Positions 18,158-28,476 of a stretch of 64,000 nucleotides of DNA are shown in pieces. The notes below the pieces were generated by a model. The model was not told the origin of the DNA and searched no databases. It worked only from the letters and a program-made list of their open reading frames with translations. The position numbers were made by a program, and so were the translations under genes. The DNA lies in assembly GCA_016207825.1 (NCBI GenBank), contig JACQZI010000005.1, positions 1,122-65,121 on the forward strand, given 5' to 3'. Origin of the DNA: Planctomycetota bacterium (lineage in GTDB: Bacteria; Planctomycetota; MHYJ01; JACQXL01; JACQZI01). Numbering within the stretch: position 1 is the first letter of the stretch; every line of letters begins with the position of its first letter.

Positions 18158-20485
18158 ATGCGTAACACGAAAGTTTGCGAAGCGAAGTGCGAAACGACAG
18201 TGGAGTCCCGACCTAATCGGGGTAGTCCCGACGCACGTCGGGGGAATTTTGGATTTTGTGTATTATTAATTATTTGGAGCTTGGGTTTTGGTGCTTGGGA
18301 TTTGTGTGCGGACTCCTGGTCCCAGACCACCTTTACCGATGGGACATTTAATAGCACGATGAGCGCTACCAGTGGCAGCGATGTAAGTCTTTTTGTATCC
18401 ATTGATGCTGGTAATGGCACGGATGGTGCAATAACCGTTGCCGCGGCAAAAAATATTAATACGGATACCATTGCCGCCGGCAGGACTGTCGCCGATGGCT
18501 GGAACTCACGCGTTTCCGCCCTTACGGCAAATACAGCTACATTAGTAACCACACCTCCTGTTAATACTTTTGCAGTCGGTGACGAAGTTATTTTAATCAG
18601 TCTCAAAGGCATCTCTGCGGCTTATGGTAATGTTGGATTATATGAATTCCTTCGTGTCCAGTCAGTTGCTGGTAATATAATTACCTTTACCGCCAATAAA
18701 ATTAACTGGTACGGTGATGGCGCTAATGATACCAATGTCGGAACAAATCAAGTCGTGATGCTCCAGCGGGTGCCTAATTATACTGATGTAACGATTAATA
18801 TCGGCGGCTCACTTGCCTGTTCGGCTTTTGATGGGACAAAGGGAGGGATTCTTATCGTTAAAGCTACCGGAACAGTTACGGTAAATGCGCTGAATGGTAT
18901 AAATGCGAGTGACCGCGGATTTAGGGGCGGCGTTGGAGGCGGTTACTCCAGTCGTTCGGGTGGTGGTGAGTCATATAATGGCACGGGTGGTGCCGGTGGT
19001 GTAAATGGAGATGGATATAGTCCTCGTAGCGTTGGTTTAGCGGGTCAATCCGGCCAAGGTGGCGGTGGCGGCGCTGGTGCGTATGATAGTACTCTTGGTA
19101 CTGCAGCCGCTGGCGCGCTTGGTTCAGGTGGTGGTGCTGGCGGCGGCAGTGGTTACTACTCCAGTAACGATATTGGTGGTGGTGGCGGCGGCGGCGGTAA
19201 TGGAGGAACAGGCGGTGGCGGCGTGGGTGGCGGAGGTACGGCCGGGGCTGGTTCAGGAACTAACGGTGGTAATGGTAGTGCGGGGGTGGGTACCCGCTCT
19301 GCCGGTGGCGGCGGCGGCGGTGGGAACGATGGTCGGGCAGATTCTTCCGGGCTGGGTAATCGGGCATATATGGGTGGCGGTGGTGGTGCCGGTGGCGGCG
19401 GTTTTGAAGGTACGACATCTACCGCCGGACAACCCGGAGGCAATGGCGGAGGTATAATATTTATCTGTGCTAATAATATTAACGTTGCCTCAGGTGCATC
19501 TATTGCCGCAAATGGAGCAAACGGAGGAGCTGTCGGCACCTATGTAGGTGGTGGTGGCGGTGGGGCTGGTGGTTCTATAATTCTGAACTCAATCAGCGTG
19601 TCTAATTCAGGTTCCGTCACTGCTATTGGCGGTTCAGGAGGTTCCAATGCTCTTTCCGGCGGCGCGGGTGGTGGTGGTCGAACATATGCTCGGTATGTGG
19701 CTTTCAGCGGCACTGCACCAACCCCAAATTACTCAAGTGGAAATCCATCATCATATACTACTGCCGGCACCTATGTTTCATCGCTGATTAATTTGACTGG
19801 TCTTTCCTCTTGGGGTATTTTAACCTATACACGAACCGCTCCGGCAAATACCACCTTTACAGTTGACGTCTTAAAGGCCATAGATAATTCCATCCTGGTT
19901 TCTAACGTTGCTTCCGGCGTTAATCTTTCATCGGTTCTTCCATCGCCGTTATGCTATGCCATCAGGCTCCGGGCTAACTTTTCTACTTCAGATAATACCC
20001 AAACCCCGACCCTTTCTGACTGGGGAATAAACTACACAAGCGGCGGGACGACCATCACCACCACCAACTGGACGGATTTGGTTAACGGGCAATCCGTCCG
20101 GATGGGACAATCTATCGCCCACGTTAAATTTGAAATGAAAACATTTGATGGCACTGCCCGCTGGAGACGTTTCCGTATCGATAAAGGATTAAAAACATAC
20201 ACAAACCTTGCCTGCCCGGATTCTAAAATAGAAGTTCAGGTCTGGTGCGATACAAATGCCAATGGTTTCTGGGATACCGGCGATACGTTCATCGCTAAAG
20301 GCAATTTTACCAACGGCACGTGTTATCTCAATATGAAACAATGGCAGGTAACGACTACCACCAAGACTTATTATATCGTGTATAAATTAGCCAGTGATAT
20401 CAGCGGCGGCACCCGCGCCGGGGTGAAGATAGCGGATAGCAGCTATCTTGAATTTGAAAATGCCACTTGTATCGGAGTGCCATAA
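18158..20485 (+). CDS. Secreted Gly-rich protein with the conserved family C-terminal domain
   Basis: GLYEFLRV..., QRVPNYTDVTI, long GGGGG tracts, C-terminus SSYLEFENATCIGVP. Confidence 0.9.
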   Translation: MRNTKVCEAKCETTVESRPNRGSPDARRGNFGFCVLLIIWSLGFGAWDLCADSWSQTTFTDGTFNSTMSATSGSDVSLFVSIDAGNGTDGAITVAAAKNINTDTIAAGRTVADGWNSRVSALTANTATLVTTPPVNTFAVGDEVILISLKGISAAYGNVGLYEFLRVQSVAGNIITFTANKINWYGDGANDTNVGTNQVVMLQRVPNYTDVTINIGGSLACSAFDGTKGGILIVKATGTVTVNALNGINASDRGFRGGVGGGYSSRSGGGESYNGTGGAGGVNGDGYSPRSVGLAGQSGQGGGGGAGAYDSTLGTAAAGALGSGGGAGGGSGYYSSNDIGGGGGGGGNGGTGGGGVGGGGTAGAGSGTNGGNGSAGVGTRSAGGGGGGGNDGRADSSGLGNRAYMGGGGGAGGGGFEGTTSTAGQPGGNGGGIIFICANNINVASGASIAANGANGGAVGTYVGGGGGGAGGSIILNSISVSNSGSVTAIGGSGGSNALSGGAGGGGRTYARYVAFSGTAPTPNYSSGNPSSYTTAGTYVSSLINLTGLSSWGILTYTRTAPANTTFTVDVLKAIDNSILVSNVASGVNLSSVLPSPLCYAIRLRANFSTSDNTQTPTLSDWGINYTSGGTTITTTNWTDLVNGQSVRMGQSIAHVKFEMKTFDGTARWRRFRIDKGLKTYTNLACPDSKIEVQVWCDTNANGFWDTGDTFIAKGNFTNGTCYLNMKQWQVTTTTKTYYIVYKLASDISGGTRAGVKIADSSYLEFENATCIGVP

Positions 20486-20541
20486 GTTCTCCGCCAGAGG
20501 CAGGGCGCAGGATGTTACAAGGGATTATAGGAGGTTACAAG

Positions 20542-23004
20542 ATGTTACCGAAAACATGTATCTCATTAAATCCCCTCTTGAGAGGGGTCAGGGGTGTGTT
20601 ATCTTCTGTCTTTCTTCTCTCATCTCTCATCTTTCCCCTCTCTGTTTCTGCCGGTTCTTTCCCTAACTTTGACAACTCCGGCGGCGGCTCCTGGACTACC
20701 GGCTACTACCGTCCCATCTCCATCACCAATACCGCCGGCGCCCAGACCGATTATCAAGTTGCGGTAACTCCATTTGGCCCGGAATATGAAGAAAACAATG
20801 GGAATGTCACGTATAATGGGACATGGAATGTTTACAATAATGTAAATTGCAGCCGCGGTTCCCAAAAATGGTCAACCACAACGAACAACACCGCAACTTT
20901 TTCCTTTAATGGCACCGGTGTTACATGGGTTTCAACAAAGAACGCAGATTATGGTATTGCTAAAGTCTACATCGACGATGTCTATCAGCAAAACGTAGAC
21001 CTTTATAATTCAACGAATATATTCCAGCAAGCTGTTTATACTAAAGATGGGCTGGCAAATGGGTTTCACACAATTAAAGTGGAAGTAACCGGCACAAAAA
21101 ACGCTTCGTCTACTAATTATTATGTTACCATAGACGCGTTTGATACCGGCAACTTTATCAATAACTCCGGACTGGTCGGCTCGTGGCACTTCTCCGAAAA
21201 CTCCGGCACCGCCGCCGCCGATATGTCAGGCAATGGCAATAACGGAACGTTAACTAACAGTCCAATATGGGTAGACGGCAAGTTCGGAAATGCATTATCC
21301 TTTGATGGAGCGAATGATTATGTAAGCGTGTCGGATAATAATGCGTTAACATTTGGCAACGGGACAACCGATTCGCCTTTTTCAATAGAATTATGGGTAT
21401 ACCCTAATTCTGCGAGTGGTGCTGTTATAGCAAAAGCAACTGCTTCTAATGCCGGTGAATATTATATCACAACTGCCGGAGGAAATTTATATTTCAGGCT
21501 GGTAGATAATAGCGCCAGTGGTTATATAGGAATATATGCCGTGATTTCCCAAAATCGATGGACTCATATCACAGCAGCTTATGATGGCAACGGTATTTCC
21601 GGAATGAGATTATATTTTAATGGCGTCTTGCAGGCAACAACTGCGTCAAGTTCAGGCAGTTATACCGCAATGGAAAATCTTGCTACCAATCTTAAAATAG
21701 GCGAAAGAGAGAGTGGCAGTAACTATTTTAACGGTCTCATTGACGAAGTCCGCATCTATAACCGGGCGCTCACCGCCGCCGAAATCACCACCCGCTATAA
21801 CTACTACACCAACAAACTCACAGGCGATTATTCTGATATCCGCTTCGCCCTTAGTCCTCCCCCAAATTCCGGCAATGAACTTTCTTACTGGCAGGAGACT
21901 GATAACAAGTTCTGGCTGAAGATTCCCAACCTGCCCGCTGGCGATTCTTATATCTATATGTATTACGGCAACCTAAGCGCGGAAAATTCAAGCGACGAAA
22001 ACAATGTCTTCGGGTCGGCAACTTCTAACCTCGCCCTGGGTAAAACATATACTAAATCAGAAGCCCCCTCCGGCTCTTATCCGGATACAGGCAATGCTGA
22101 ATTTACCGACGGCCAGCCTGATGAAACATGGGCGGATTCTTTTGGTTATGGTAAACCAAGCACCAATTATTGGCTGGAAATCACCGTTGATTTAACTTAT
22201 TCCAAGCTGATAAAGAATCCGATTTTGTATACCGGCGGCGGAACTGGATATCGGGCGCATTATGTGGAAATCTACGGCAGTCCTGATAACACCGCTTTTT
22301 ACCTGATTGGTTCCGCAGGAAATTTGAATTTAGGCACCGCGGATATAGGAATTTCCCCACTGGACATAACGACCACTCCCCGTGTTTTCAGGTATGTTAA
22401 ATTTAAAATTAATAAAGAGTGCGGGACTTCAGTGCAGGCAACCGATTGGCTTTTTGTCGGAGAGGGAATTGTTAACGGCAAAAGCCGCCAGTATGTTTCC
22501 CCAGAACCGACAGTTTCCGCACCGGGTGCGGAAAGTTTTGCACTCGACAAATACATCCAGACCGCCAACTGGCAAAGCCTTGTTTCATCCGGAAAAAGCA
22601 TCGTCATGGGGCAATCTATTGCCCAAGTTTCCTTTACCGCCGTCTTTACCGGCACTGACTCGGCAGGCAAAACAGCTAAATGGAAAAAGCTCCGCATTGA
22701 TAAAGGCGTCGGCGCCTATGCCGGTAGCGCCTGCCCTGATTCCAAAATAGAAGTCCAAATCTGGATGGAGAATAATGGCAACGGCTTCTGGGATACCGGC
22801 GATACCTTTATCGCTAAAGGCAACTTCACCAACGGCACGTGCTATTTGAATATGAACCGGTTTCAGATAACAACTACTCAGAGAACATTTTATATTGTAT
22901 ACAAATTAGCCAATGATATAGGAGGGGGGCAAAGAGCGGGCGTTAAGATAGTTGATAGCAGTTACCTTGAATTTGAAAACGCTACGGCAATTGGAGTCCC
23001 GTAA
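20542..23004 (+). CDS. Secreted protein: split DUF2341 + CBM-like + LamG + discoidin-like + family C-terminal domain
   Basis: TDYQV...DYSDIRF...IYMYYGN (DUF2341-like); GLVGSWHF...FNGLIDEVRIYNRAL (LamG); C-terminus SSYLEFENATAIGVP; RBS aggagg before ATG 20542. Confidence 0.88.
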   Translation: MLPKTCISLNPLLRGVRGVLSSVFLLSSLIFPLSVSAGSFPNFDNSGGGSWTTGYYRPISITNTAGAQTDYQVAVTPFGPEYEENNGNVTYNGTWNVYNNVNCSRGSQKWSTTTNNTATFSFNGTGVTWVSTKNADYGIAKVYIDDVYQQNVDLYNSTNIFQQAVYTKDGLANGFHTIKVEVTGTKNASSTNYYVTIDAFDTGNFINNSGLVGSWHFSENSGTAAADMSGNGNNGTLTNSPIWVDGKFGNALSFDGANDYVSVSDNNALTFGNGTTDSPFSIELWVYPNSASGAVIAKATASNAGEYYITTAGGNLYFRLVDNSASGYIGIYAVISQNRWTHITAAYDGNGISGMRLYFNGVLQATTASSSGSYTAMENLATNLKIGERESGSNYFNGLIDEVRIYNRALTAAEITTRYNYYTNKLTGDYSDIRFALSPPPNSGNELSYWQETDNKFWLKIPNLPAGDSYIYMYYGNLSAENSSDENNVFGSATSNLALGKTYTKSEAPSGSYPDTGNAEFTDGQPDETWADSFGYGKPSTNYWLEITVDLTYSKLIKNPILYTGGGTGYRAHYVEIYGSPDNTAFYLIGSAGNLNLGTADIGISPLDITTTPRVFRYVKFKINKECGTSVQATDWLFVGEGIVNGKSRQYVSPEPTVSAPGAESFALDKYIQTANWQSLVSSGKSIVMGQSIAQVSFTAVFTGTDSAGKTAKWKKLRIDKGVGAYAGSACPDSKIEVQIWMENNGNGFWDTGDTFIAKGNFTNGTCYLNMNRFQITTTQRTFYIVYKLANDIGGGQRAGVKIVDSSYLEFENATAIGVP

Positions 23005-23104
23005 CACGAAATCAGTGCGAAGCCTCCCCGACAGGGGGCGAAACTGAAATGCGGAAACACGAAAGATTAATATTCCGTGTTTTCGTGTAACAGAAAGGAG
23101 GTGC

Positions 23105-23503
23105 GTGTTCCCGCAAGGGTATAACCTGTGCCCTCAAGGGCAAAACTTGTGCTCTCAAGAGCAGAACTCGTACCCTCAAGAGCAGGACTTGTGCCCACAA
23201 GGGCAGAACCTGTGCCCGCAAGGGCAAAACCTGTGCTCTCAAGGGCAGAACTTGTGCCCGCAAAGGCAAAACCTGTGCCCGCAAGGGCAAAACCTGTGCT
23301 CTCAAGGGCAGAACTTGTGCCCGCAAAGGCAAAACCTGTGCCCGCAATGGCAAAACCTGTGCTCTCAAGGGCAGAACTTGTGCCCGCAAAGGCAAAACCT
23401 GTGCCCGCAAGGGCAGAACTCGTGCCCCGAAATTCTTCGGGGTACCCCCGATTATATCGGGGAGAAAAGGAGAATTGTTTATGGCAATAATAAAAGGGAC
23501 TAA
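23105..23503 (+). CDS. Putative Cys-rich heptad-repeat peptide (PQGQNLC)15
   Basis: Strong SD AGAAAGGAGG just before the GTG; the repeat is also open in other frames, so coding status is uncertain. Confidence 0.4.
   Translation: MFPQGYNLCPQGQNLCSQEQNSYPQEQDLCPQGQNLCPQGQNLCSQGQNLCPQRQNLCPQGQNLCSQGQNLCPQRQNLCPQWQNLCSQGQNLCPQRQNLCPQGQNSCPEILRGTPDYIGEKRRIVYGNNKRD
23111..23425. repeat. 21-bp tandem array, 15 copies
   Basis: Consensus ccgcaagggcaaaacctgtgc with a 63-bp higher-order triplet. Confidence 0.95.
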
Positions 23504-24173
23504 CTATCTCCCGCAAAAGGACGATGATTTCTTCAATTTCCAGGGCAATTTGGTCAACGAGGTCGTAACCAACACGGCTTGGGGCATTATGCCTGCGGCG
23601 GTAACGGCGCTGGTCGCCCGCCGGGCTTCGTATGAGCCGCTCTATACCAAAAGCCAGAATAAAGGCAACCGGACTCAGGCAGACGTCTTAGCCCATCGCC
23701 AGATGCGCGAACTCTATGAAAAGGAAATCAGGGCATTCGTCAAGACCTGGTTGATGTTTAATCCAATGGTTATGGACCAGGACCGCCGCCGGATGCGACT
23801 GACCGTGCGCGATGTTGAACCGACCCCCAGGGGAAAAATCACTTCCTTCCCGATTATCGGGTTAATCGCCGTGGGCGGCGGTTCTATTGAAGTCCGTGCC
23901 CGCGTCACGACCGACCAGACCAGATCCAGTATGCATTCTTTAGCCGATGCCGTGGAAGTGAGATATACCCTTGTGCCAAAAGGCGAGATGCCGCCGGACG
24001 ACCCGGAATCCTGCCCTAAAAATCAGGTATCAAAAAAGGCGCGGTTTTCCATTGCTTGCGGGGTGAAAAATGCCGGAGACACTTTTTACGGGTTTTTCCG
24101 CTGGGTGAACCTGACCAACCCGCAAAACAACAGCGACTGGACGACCAAACCCGAAGGCGTGGTCATTGCGTAG
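23481..24173 (+). CDS. Hypothetical protein (YLP..D..F N-terminal helical domain + C-terminal FN3-like beta region)
   Basis: RBS aaggag; clean 230 aa ORF; resembles uncharacterised proteins with F..RW.N......W C-termini. Confidence 0.8.
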   Translation: MAIIKGTNYLPQKDDDFFNFQGNLVNEVVTNTAWGIMPAAVTALVARRASYEPLYTKSQNKGNRTQADVLAHRQMRELYEKEIRAFVKTWLMFNPMVMDQDRRRMRLTVRDVEPTPRGKITSFPIIGLIAVGGGSIEVRARVTTDQTRSSMHSLADAVEVRYTLVPKGEMPPDDPESCPKNQVSKKARFSIACGVKNAGDTFYGFFRWVNLTNPQNNSDWTTKPEGVVIA

Positions 24174-24264
24174 CGAAGCGGAGTCCCGATTATTTCGGGG
24201 CGTGAGAAAAGATTTAACCACCCCGACGCTAAGTCGGGGTGGTGAGACGGAAAGGACAGGAAAA

Positions 24265-24492
24265 ATGTCCAAACCAAGCATAATCGGAATAAAATATGCG
24301 GCAATCGGGATTCTGGGCGCCTGCATTATTTTTGCCATAACAACGCTCCTCCTGAAAATCATCCCTTCTGCCTCTGTAGGTTTGGCATCTCTAACAGGGG
24401 GAGGAATAATATCAGCTATGGCGATAGCAATATCCCATAAAGATTATAAACGCGGGGGAAAAACAAATAAAGATAATGTGCATCAAGTTTAA
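24265..24492 (+). CDS. Small two-TM membrane protein
   Basis: MSKPSIIGIKYAAIGILGAC; paralog at 25318..25542. Confidence 0.65.
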   Translation: MSKPSIIGIKYAAIGILGACIIFAITTLLLKIIPSASVGLASLTGGGIISAMAIAISHKDYKRGGKTNKDNVHQV

Positions 24493-25321
24493 TTTTGTTT
24501 TGATTTTAATACTATTCGCTGTAATTCTTTGCGCCGGCTGCTCCCCTGCGATTTTTTATGAAACCTCCAGCCTAATCAATTCAGAGTGGCTTATCAAAGA
24601 AACAGAGCACTTAACCATACATTATAAGCCTGATTCATACGCGCAAACCGATATCAAAAACGCTGTGGAATCCTATGAAAATAGCTACCAGGCGGCTAAA
24701 GATAAATTCCGTGAAATCGGATTCAGTGATGTAAAAAATAAAATCAACCTGTATTTGGTGGAAAAATTCAACTCGAAAGGAGCTGATAAGAATGGCAATA
24801 ACCCGATAAGCGGATGCGCCCTTATGGGGAAAAGAACCGTTTTCTACCAGTATTCTCAGGCGGTGCGAGATGACTCCGCTCATGAAATAATCCATCTGTT
24901 TCTCTATGATATTAACCCTAAAGCGCCGTATGGTTTCCAGGAAGGAATCTGCCGCTTTTATGAAACCAGGGCAATTCCCGATAAAAACGGCGAGCCGTAT
25001 TCTTGCAAGCCTTTTCGCCTTGCCAAGCTTGAACCGCCGGATGATTGGAAAGCGGCAAATATTTTTGTTAATAATTACACGTATGCTTCAGGGAACATCG
25101 CGGCCGCTTTTGTTTCATTTCTGATGGAGCGTTTAGGAGAAAGGGAGCTTTACGAGTTCTATCGTGCGCTTAACGGCAAAAAAAACTATAAGCAGCTTAT
25201 ACAGGCAAAGTTAAATATTGCCCCGGATGATATCAATAAATTGTTTGTTGAATACGGGGAAACGCTTGAAAACCCGCCTCAGATTTTCGGAGCCATCCAT
25301 GAAGAATGGAAAAATAAATGA
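24476..25321 (+). CDS. Lipoprotein, putative gluzincin (peptidase MA-like) metalloprotease
   Basis: Lipobox CAGC; HEIIH motif plus downstream FQEG. Confidence 0.7.
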   Translation: MCIKFNFVLILILFAVILCAGCSPAIFYETSSLINSEWLIKETEHLTIHYKPDSYAQTDIKNAVESYENSYQAAKDKFREIGFSDVKNKINLYLVEKFNSKGADKNGNNPISGCALMGKRTVFYQYSQAVRDDSAHEIIHLFLYDINPKAPYGFQEGICRFYETRAIPDKNGEPYSCKPFRLAKLEPPDDWKAANIFVNNYTYASGNIAAAFVSFLMERLGERELYEFYRALNGKKNYKQLIQAKLNIAPDDINKLFVEYGETLENPPQIFGAIHEEWKNK

Positions 25322-25542
25322 AAGGAGCGAAAATGTCACCACCAAGCATAATCGGGATAAAATATGCGGCAATCGGGATTCTGGCCGCCTGCGTTGTTTT
25401 TATTATAGCGGCAAACCTCTTTAAAATCACCCCTTCCGTCGGCTTGGCGGCCGGAACGATGGGAGGAATGATGGCCGCGATGATGATACTAACCGCCCAT
25501 GAAGCGTATAAACGCGGAAAAAAAGAGGATAGCAAGAATTAA
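25318..25542 (+). CDS. Small two-TM membrane protein (paralog of 24265..24492)
   Basis: SIIGIKYAAIGILAAC...H..YKRG shared. Confidence 0.65.
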   Translation: MKGAKMSPPSIIGIKYAAIGILAACVVFIIAANLFKITPSVGLAAGTMGGMMAAMMILTAHEAYKRGKKEDSKN

Positions 25543-25570
25543 ACTCTTATAATCATCGAAAGGAAGTATT

Positions 25571-25909
25571 ATGAAAAAACTGATTAAGATAAAATATCTC
25601 GGTATTTTATTAGGGATAGTCGTTATCACAGTGACGTTTATTGAAGCCGGGAATAATTCCTACAATCAATCCGTTGGGCAGGAGCTTAGAACCGCTATCA
25701 ACTCGCTGGGACCGCGTTTTGACGGAGTAAAAATCATTTATTCTAAAAGCGGCGGAATAATTGTTTCTCAAAATTGGCCGTCTGTTGTGACAGGCAAGGT
25801 TCCTGGTAAATCGGATATTGACGCTATTACGAATGCAGTAAGCCAGGTGTGTGCTAAGACAAAATATGAACGAAAAATAACAATCAACGTTGATATTGAA
25901 AATAAATGA
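25571..25909 (+). CDS. Small exported hypothetical protein (possibly BON-like)
   Basis: N-terminal TM/signal, RBS aaggaag. Confidence 0.6.
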   Translation: MKKLIKIKYLGILLGIVVITVTFIEAGNNSYNQSVGQELRTAINSLGPRFDGVKIIYSKSGGIIVSQNWPSVVTGKVPGKSDIDAITNAVSQVCAKTKYERKITINVDIENK

Positions 25910-25969
25910 AAGGAAAGTATATGCGAAGTAAAACGCCTGCCCGTCCGTCAGGCGGGGAGTCCCGATTGA

Positions 25970-27124
25970 ATGTATCGGGGAAAAACTGATAAAAACATGG
26001 TAAACGATTCATTCTCTGTTCAGGTGTATCCTTCCGGCCAAATCTACACGGCAAAAGAAAATCGTATCATTGGCGGCGACACTTTTTATTTGCGCACGGT
26101 TGTGATTAGAAACGACAGCGGTGAGGCGATTTCTATTATAGATGTAAAAATCTATTTATTATCAAGCGGAGTGGCGCGTGTTACAAACGAAATCAGCGGT
26201 AAAGTCCTTGAAACGATGTTGCAGGAAAGTTTTGATGGCATAAAACAATATTCCGGTTTCTGCCGGGGGTTTACTGACGTCAATACGGCATTATCAGTGA
26301 TAAAATTAGAGTATGGGGTTTTATTCAAAGAGCAGGATATCCAAACCCTTTCTAATACCGCAAACCTGCCGCCGGGGAAAATAGCCGTGTTGCATGGAAT
26401 CAGGGGGGATATCCCGTCAGAATTTAACATAGATTACCTGGATGTGGAAATTACGGCTAAAGACTCTAAAGGTAAACTAATTATTAAGAGAATTGGGTTG
26501 CCTCTTGTAAAATACCGGTGTAAAACAAAATTAACGTTTCCCTTTAAGGGGGTCTGGCAAGCCCAAACCCCTCACCGGTTCGGGCCGGTGCCGACAGAAT
26601 GCGCGGTTGATTTTGTCCAGATTGATAAGGAAGGGAACCTGTCTCCTAACCAAAGCAGTGAATTAAACAATTATTATGCCTTCGGAAAACCAATTCTTGC
26701 CCCAGCCGATGGAGTAATTGGAGATTGTTTTGACGATATGGCGGATAATCCGATTTATACCGACAGAATGCCTACTCCTGAAGAGTTGGATTATGCGGCA
26801 TTATTCAAAAAATATGGCTTAAAAACAGTTGGGGGAAATTACATAATAATCGACCACAACAACGGGGAATATTCATGCATCGGGCACTTAAAACATAAAT
26901 CATTGAAGGTAAAAAAGGGTGATTGTGTGCGTCAAGGGCAAACGGTAGCGGAATGCGGGAACAGCGGTGAATCGCCGATGCCTCATATACATTACCAACT
27001 GATGGATAAAGGTGATTTTTCAAATGCCCGCGGTTTGCCTGCGATATTCGAAGGAAGGATTCTTTTCCGTCCGGACAAAGGAGCCGTTTTGCCCAGAGAC
27101 GGGCAATATTGTATTAATGATTGA
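25970..27124 (+). CDS. M23-family metallopeptidase
   Basis: H...AVDF, GKPILAPADG, GNYIIIDH, GNSGESPMPHIH motifs; 5' end probably disrupted by a palindrome insertion. Confidence 0.85.
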   Translation: MYRGKTDKNMVNDSFSVQVYPSGQIYTAKENRIIGGDTFYLRTVVIRNDSGEAISIIDVKIYLLSSGVARVTNEISGKVLETMLQESFDGIKQYSGFCRGFTDVNTALSVIKLEYGVLFKEQDIQTLSNTANLPPGKIAVLHGIRGDIPSEFNIDYLDVEITAKDSKGKLIIKRIGLPLVKYRCKTKLTFPFKGVWQAQTPHRFGPVPTECAVDFVQIDKEGNLSPNQSSELNNYYAFGKPILAPADGVIGDCFDDMADNPIYTDRMPTPEELDYAALFKKYGLKTVGGNYIIIDHNNGEYSCIGHLKHKSLKVKKGDCVRQGQTVAECGNSGESPMPHIHYQLMDKGDFSNARGLPAIFEGRILFRPDKGAVLPRDGQYCIND

Positions 27125-27158
27125 GTATAAATTTTTTAATAAAAAGAAAGGAAAGTAT

Positions 27159-28427
27159 ATGAGAAAACTGATAATGGCTTGTTTAATGATTGGAATAATA
27201 GCGATTCCGTATTGGATTGCGGGAGAAGAAGAAAAAGAATCGCTGTTTGACGAACAGGCTGAACGGTTTAACGGATTGATTAGCCAGCTCGGCTCGGATG
27301 ACTTCGATACACGCCAAAAGGCGCAAGATGAATTAATCCAAATCGGCGAAAAGTTGATTGAAGAATATAAAAAAGTTAAGACTAAGAATGATAATGAAAA
27401 ACTAAAAGCTGAAAAATCTAAAATAAATGATTTTGCTGTCAGCATAAAAAAAACCTGCCAGAATAACGATCCGGAGATAAAAACCAGGGCGAATCAAATC
27501 AGGCGTCATTTTTATTATCAAAATATGCCGGAAATCGCTTTCATTTCCAATGAATCACGTAATTGTGTGATTAATTTGATAAAAATTGATGGGACGAACT
27601 GCCGGCAATTAAAAACAGAATACGGCAATAGCTATTGGCCGGACTGGAGCCCGGACGGCAAGAAGATTGTTTTTACCGCAGAGGTGCAGGGAAACTTTGA
27701 AATCAGGGTGATGGATGCTGACGGGAGAAACGAACGCAGATTAACACGTGATGAAAACAATTCATTATATCCTGTATGGAGCCCTGATGGGAAAAAGATT
27801 GCTTTCCGCAAGGATTCCAAGCAGGGCCGTATAATTTATATCATGGATGCCGACGGTAAAAGCCAGAAGCCTTTGACAGACGATGAAGATATTTTAAAAA
27901 CAATAAAACATATCGCAATAAACAGTGAAGAGATTAGCTGGTCTCCTGACGGCAAAAAAATCGCCTTTGTTTCGGGAATTGATGGTAATCCTGAAATTTA
28001 CACAATAACCACTGATGGAAAAACCCTACAGCGCCTGACTGAAAACCCGGCAGAGGATGTTAGTCCGGCCTGGAGTGCCGACGGCAAAAAGATAGTTTTT
28101 ACATCTAATCGGGATGGTGAAAATAAGATTTGTGTAATGCCTGCCTCGCCGCCCGCCTCGCCGAGCGAGAGCGAGGTTGGGGTAGGCGGGGATGTTAACG
28201 GTAAAGACCAAAGAATATTAACCCAAGGCTGTTCACCTGCTTGTTCTCCGGATGGCAAAAAAATAGCTTTTGTCCGCTCCCATACGATAGACTGTTCTGA
28301 TATCTATATAATGGATCTTGATGGTTCTAATGAGCATAGATTAACCAGCGGGCATGGGGGGCGAGGTTCGCCCTCTTGGAAACCGGGAGGGGTTTATGAA
28401 ATTTCTGAGCTGTTTAAAGAAAGGTAA
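27159..28427 (+). CDS. TolB-like (PD40 repeat) beta-propeller with N-terminal HEAT-like cap
   Basis: Multiple WSPDGKKIAF repeats; signal peptide from ATG 27159; QLGSDDFDTRQKA cap. Confidence 0.9.
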   Translation: MRKLIMACLMIGIIAIPYWIAGEEEKESLFDEQAERFNGLISQLGSDDFDTRQKAQDELIQIGEKLIEEYKKVKTKNDNEKLKAEKSKINDFAVSIKKTCQNNDPEIKTRANQIRRHFYYQNMPEIAFISNESRNCVINLIKIDGTNCRQLKTEYGNSYWPDWSPDGKKIVFTAEVQGNFEIRVMDADGRNERRLTRDENNSLYPVWSPDGKKIAFRKDSKQGRIIYIMDADGKSQKPLTDDEDILKTIKHIAINSEEISWSPDGKKIAFVSGIDGNPEIYTITTDGKTLQRLTENPAEDVSPAWSADGKKIVFTSNRDGENKICVMPASPPASPSESEVGVGGDVNGKDQRILTQGCSPACSPDGKKIAFVRSHTIDCSDIYIMDLDGSNEHRLTSGHGGRGSPSWKPGGVYEISELFKER

Positions 28428-28476
28428 CGAAGGAATTAAATGCCTGTTAAACAGTATTTTTAACAAAGGTATAAAT

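Noticed and set aside
19059..19539. Pro-rich or Ala/Val-rich ORFs overlapping the Gly-rich genes (also 48.8-54.5 kb)
   Set aside because: Shadow frames of GGN codon runs
23012..23516. Alternative-frame ORFs (RAQVLPL)n, (AGTGFAL)n, (RAELVPA)n, and similar at 45710-46183
   Set aside because: By-products of a stop-free 21-bp repeat; only the PQGQNLC frame has an SD
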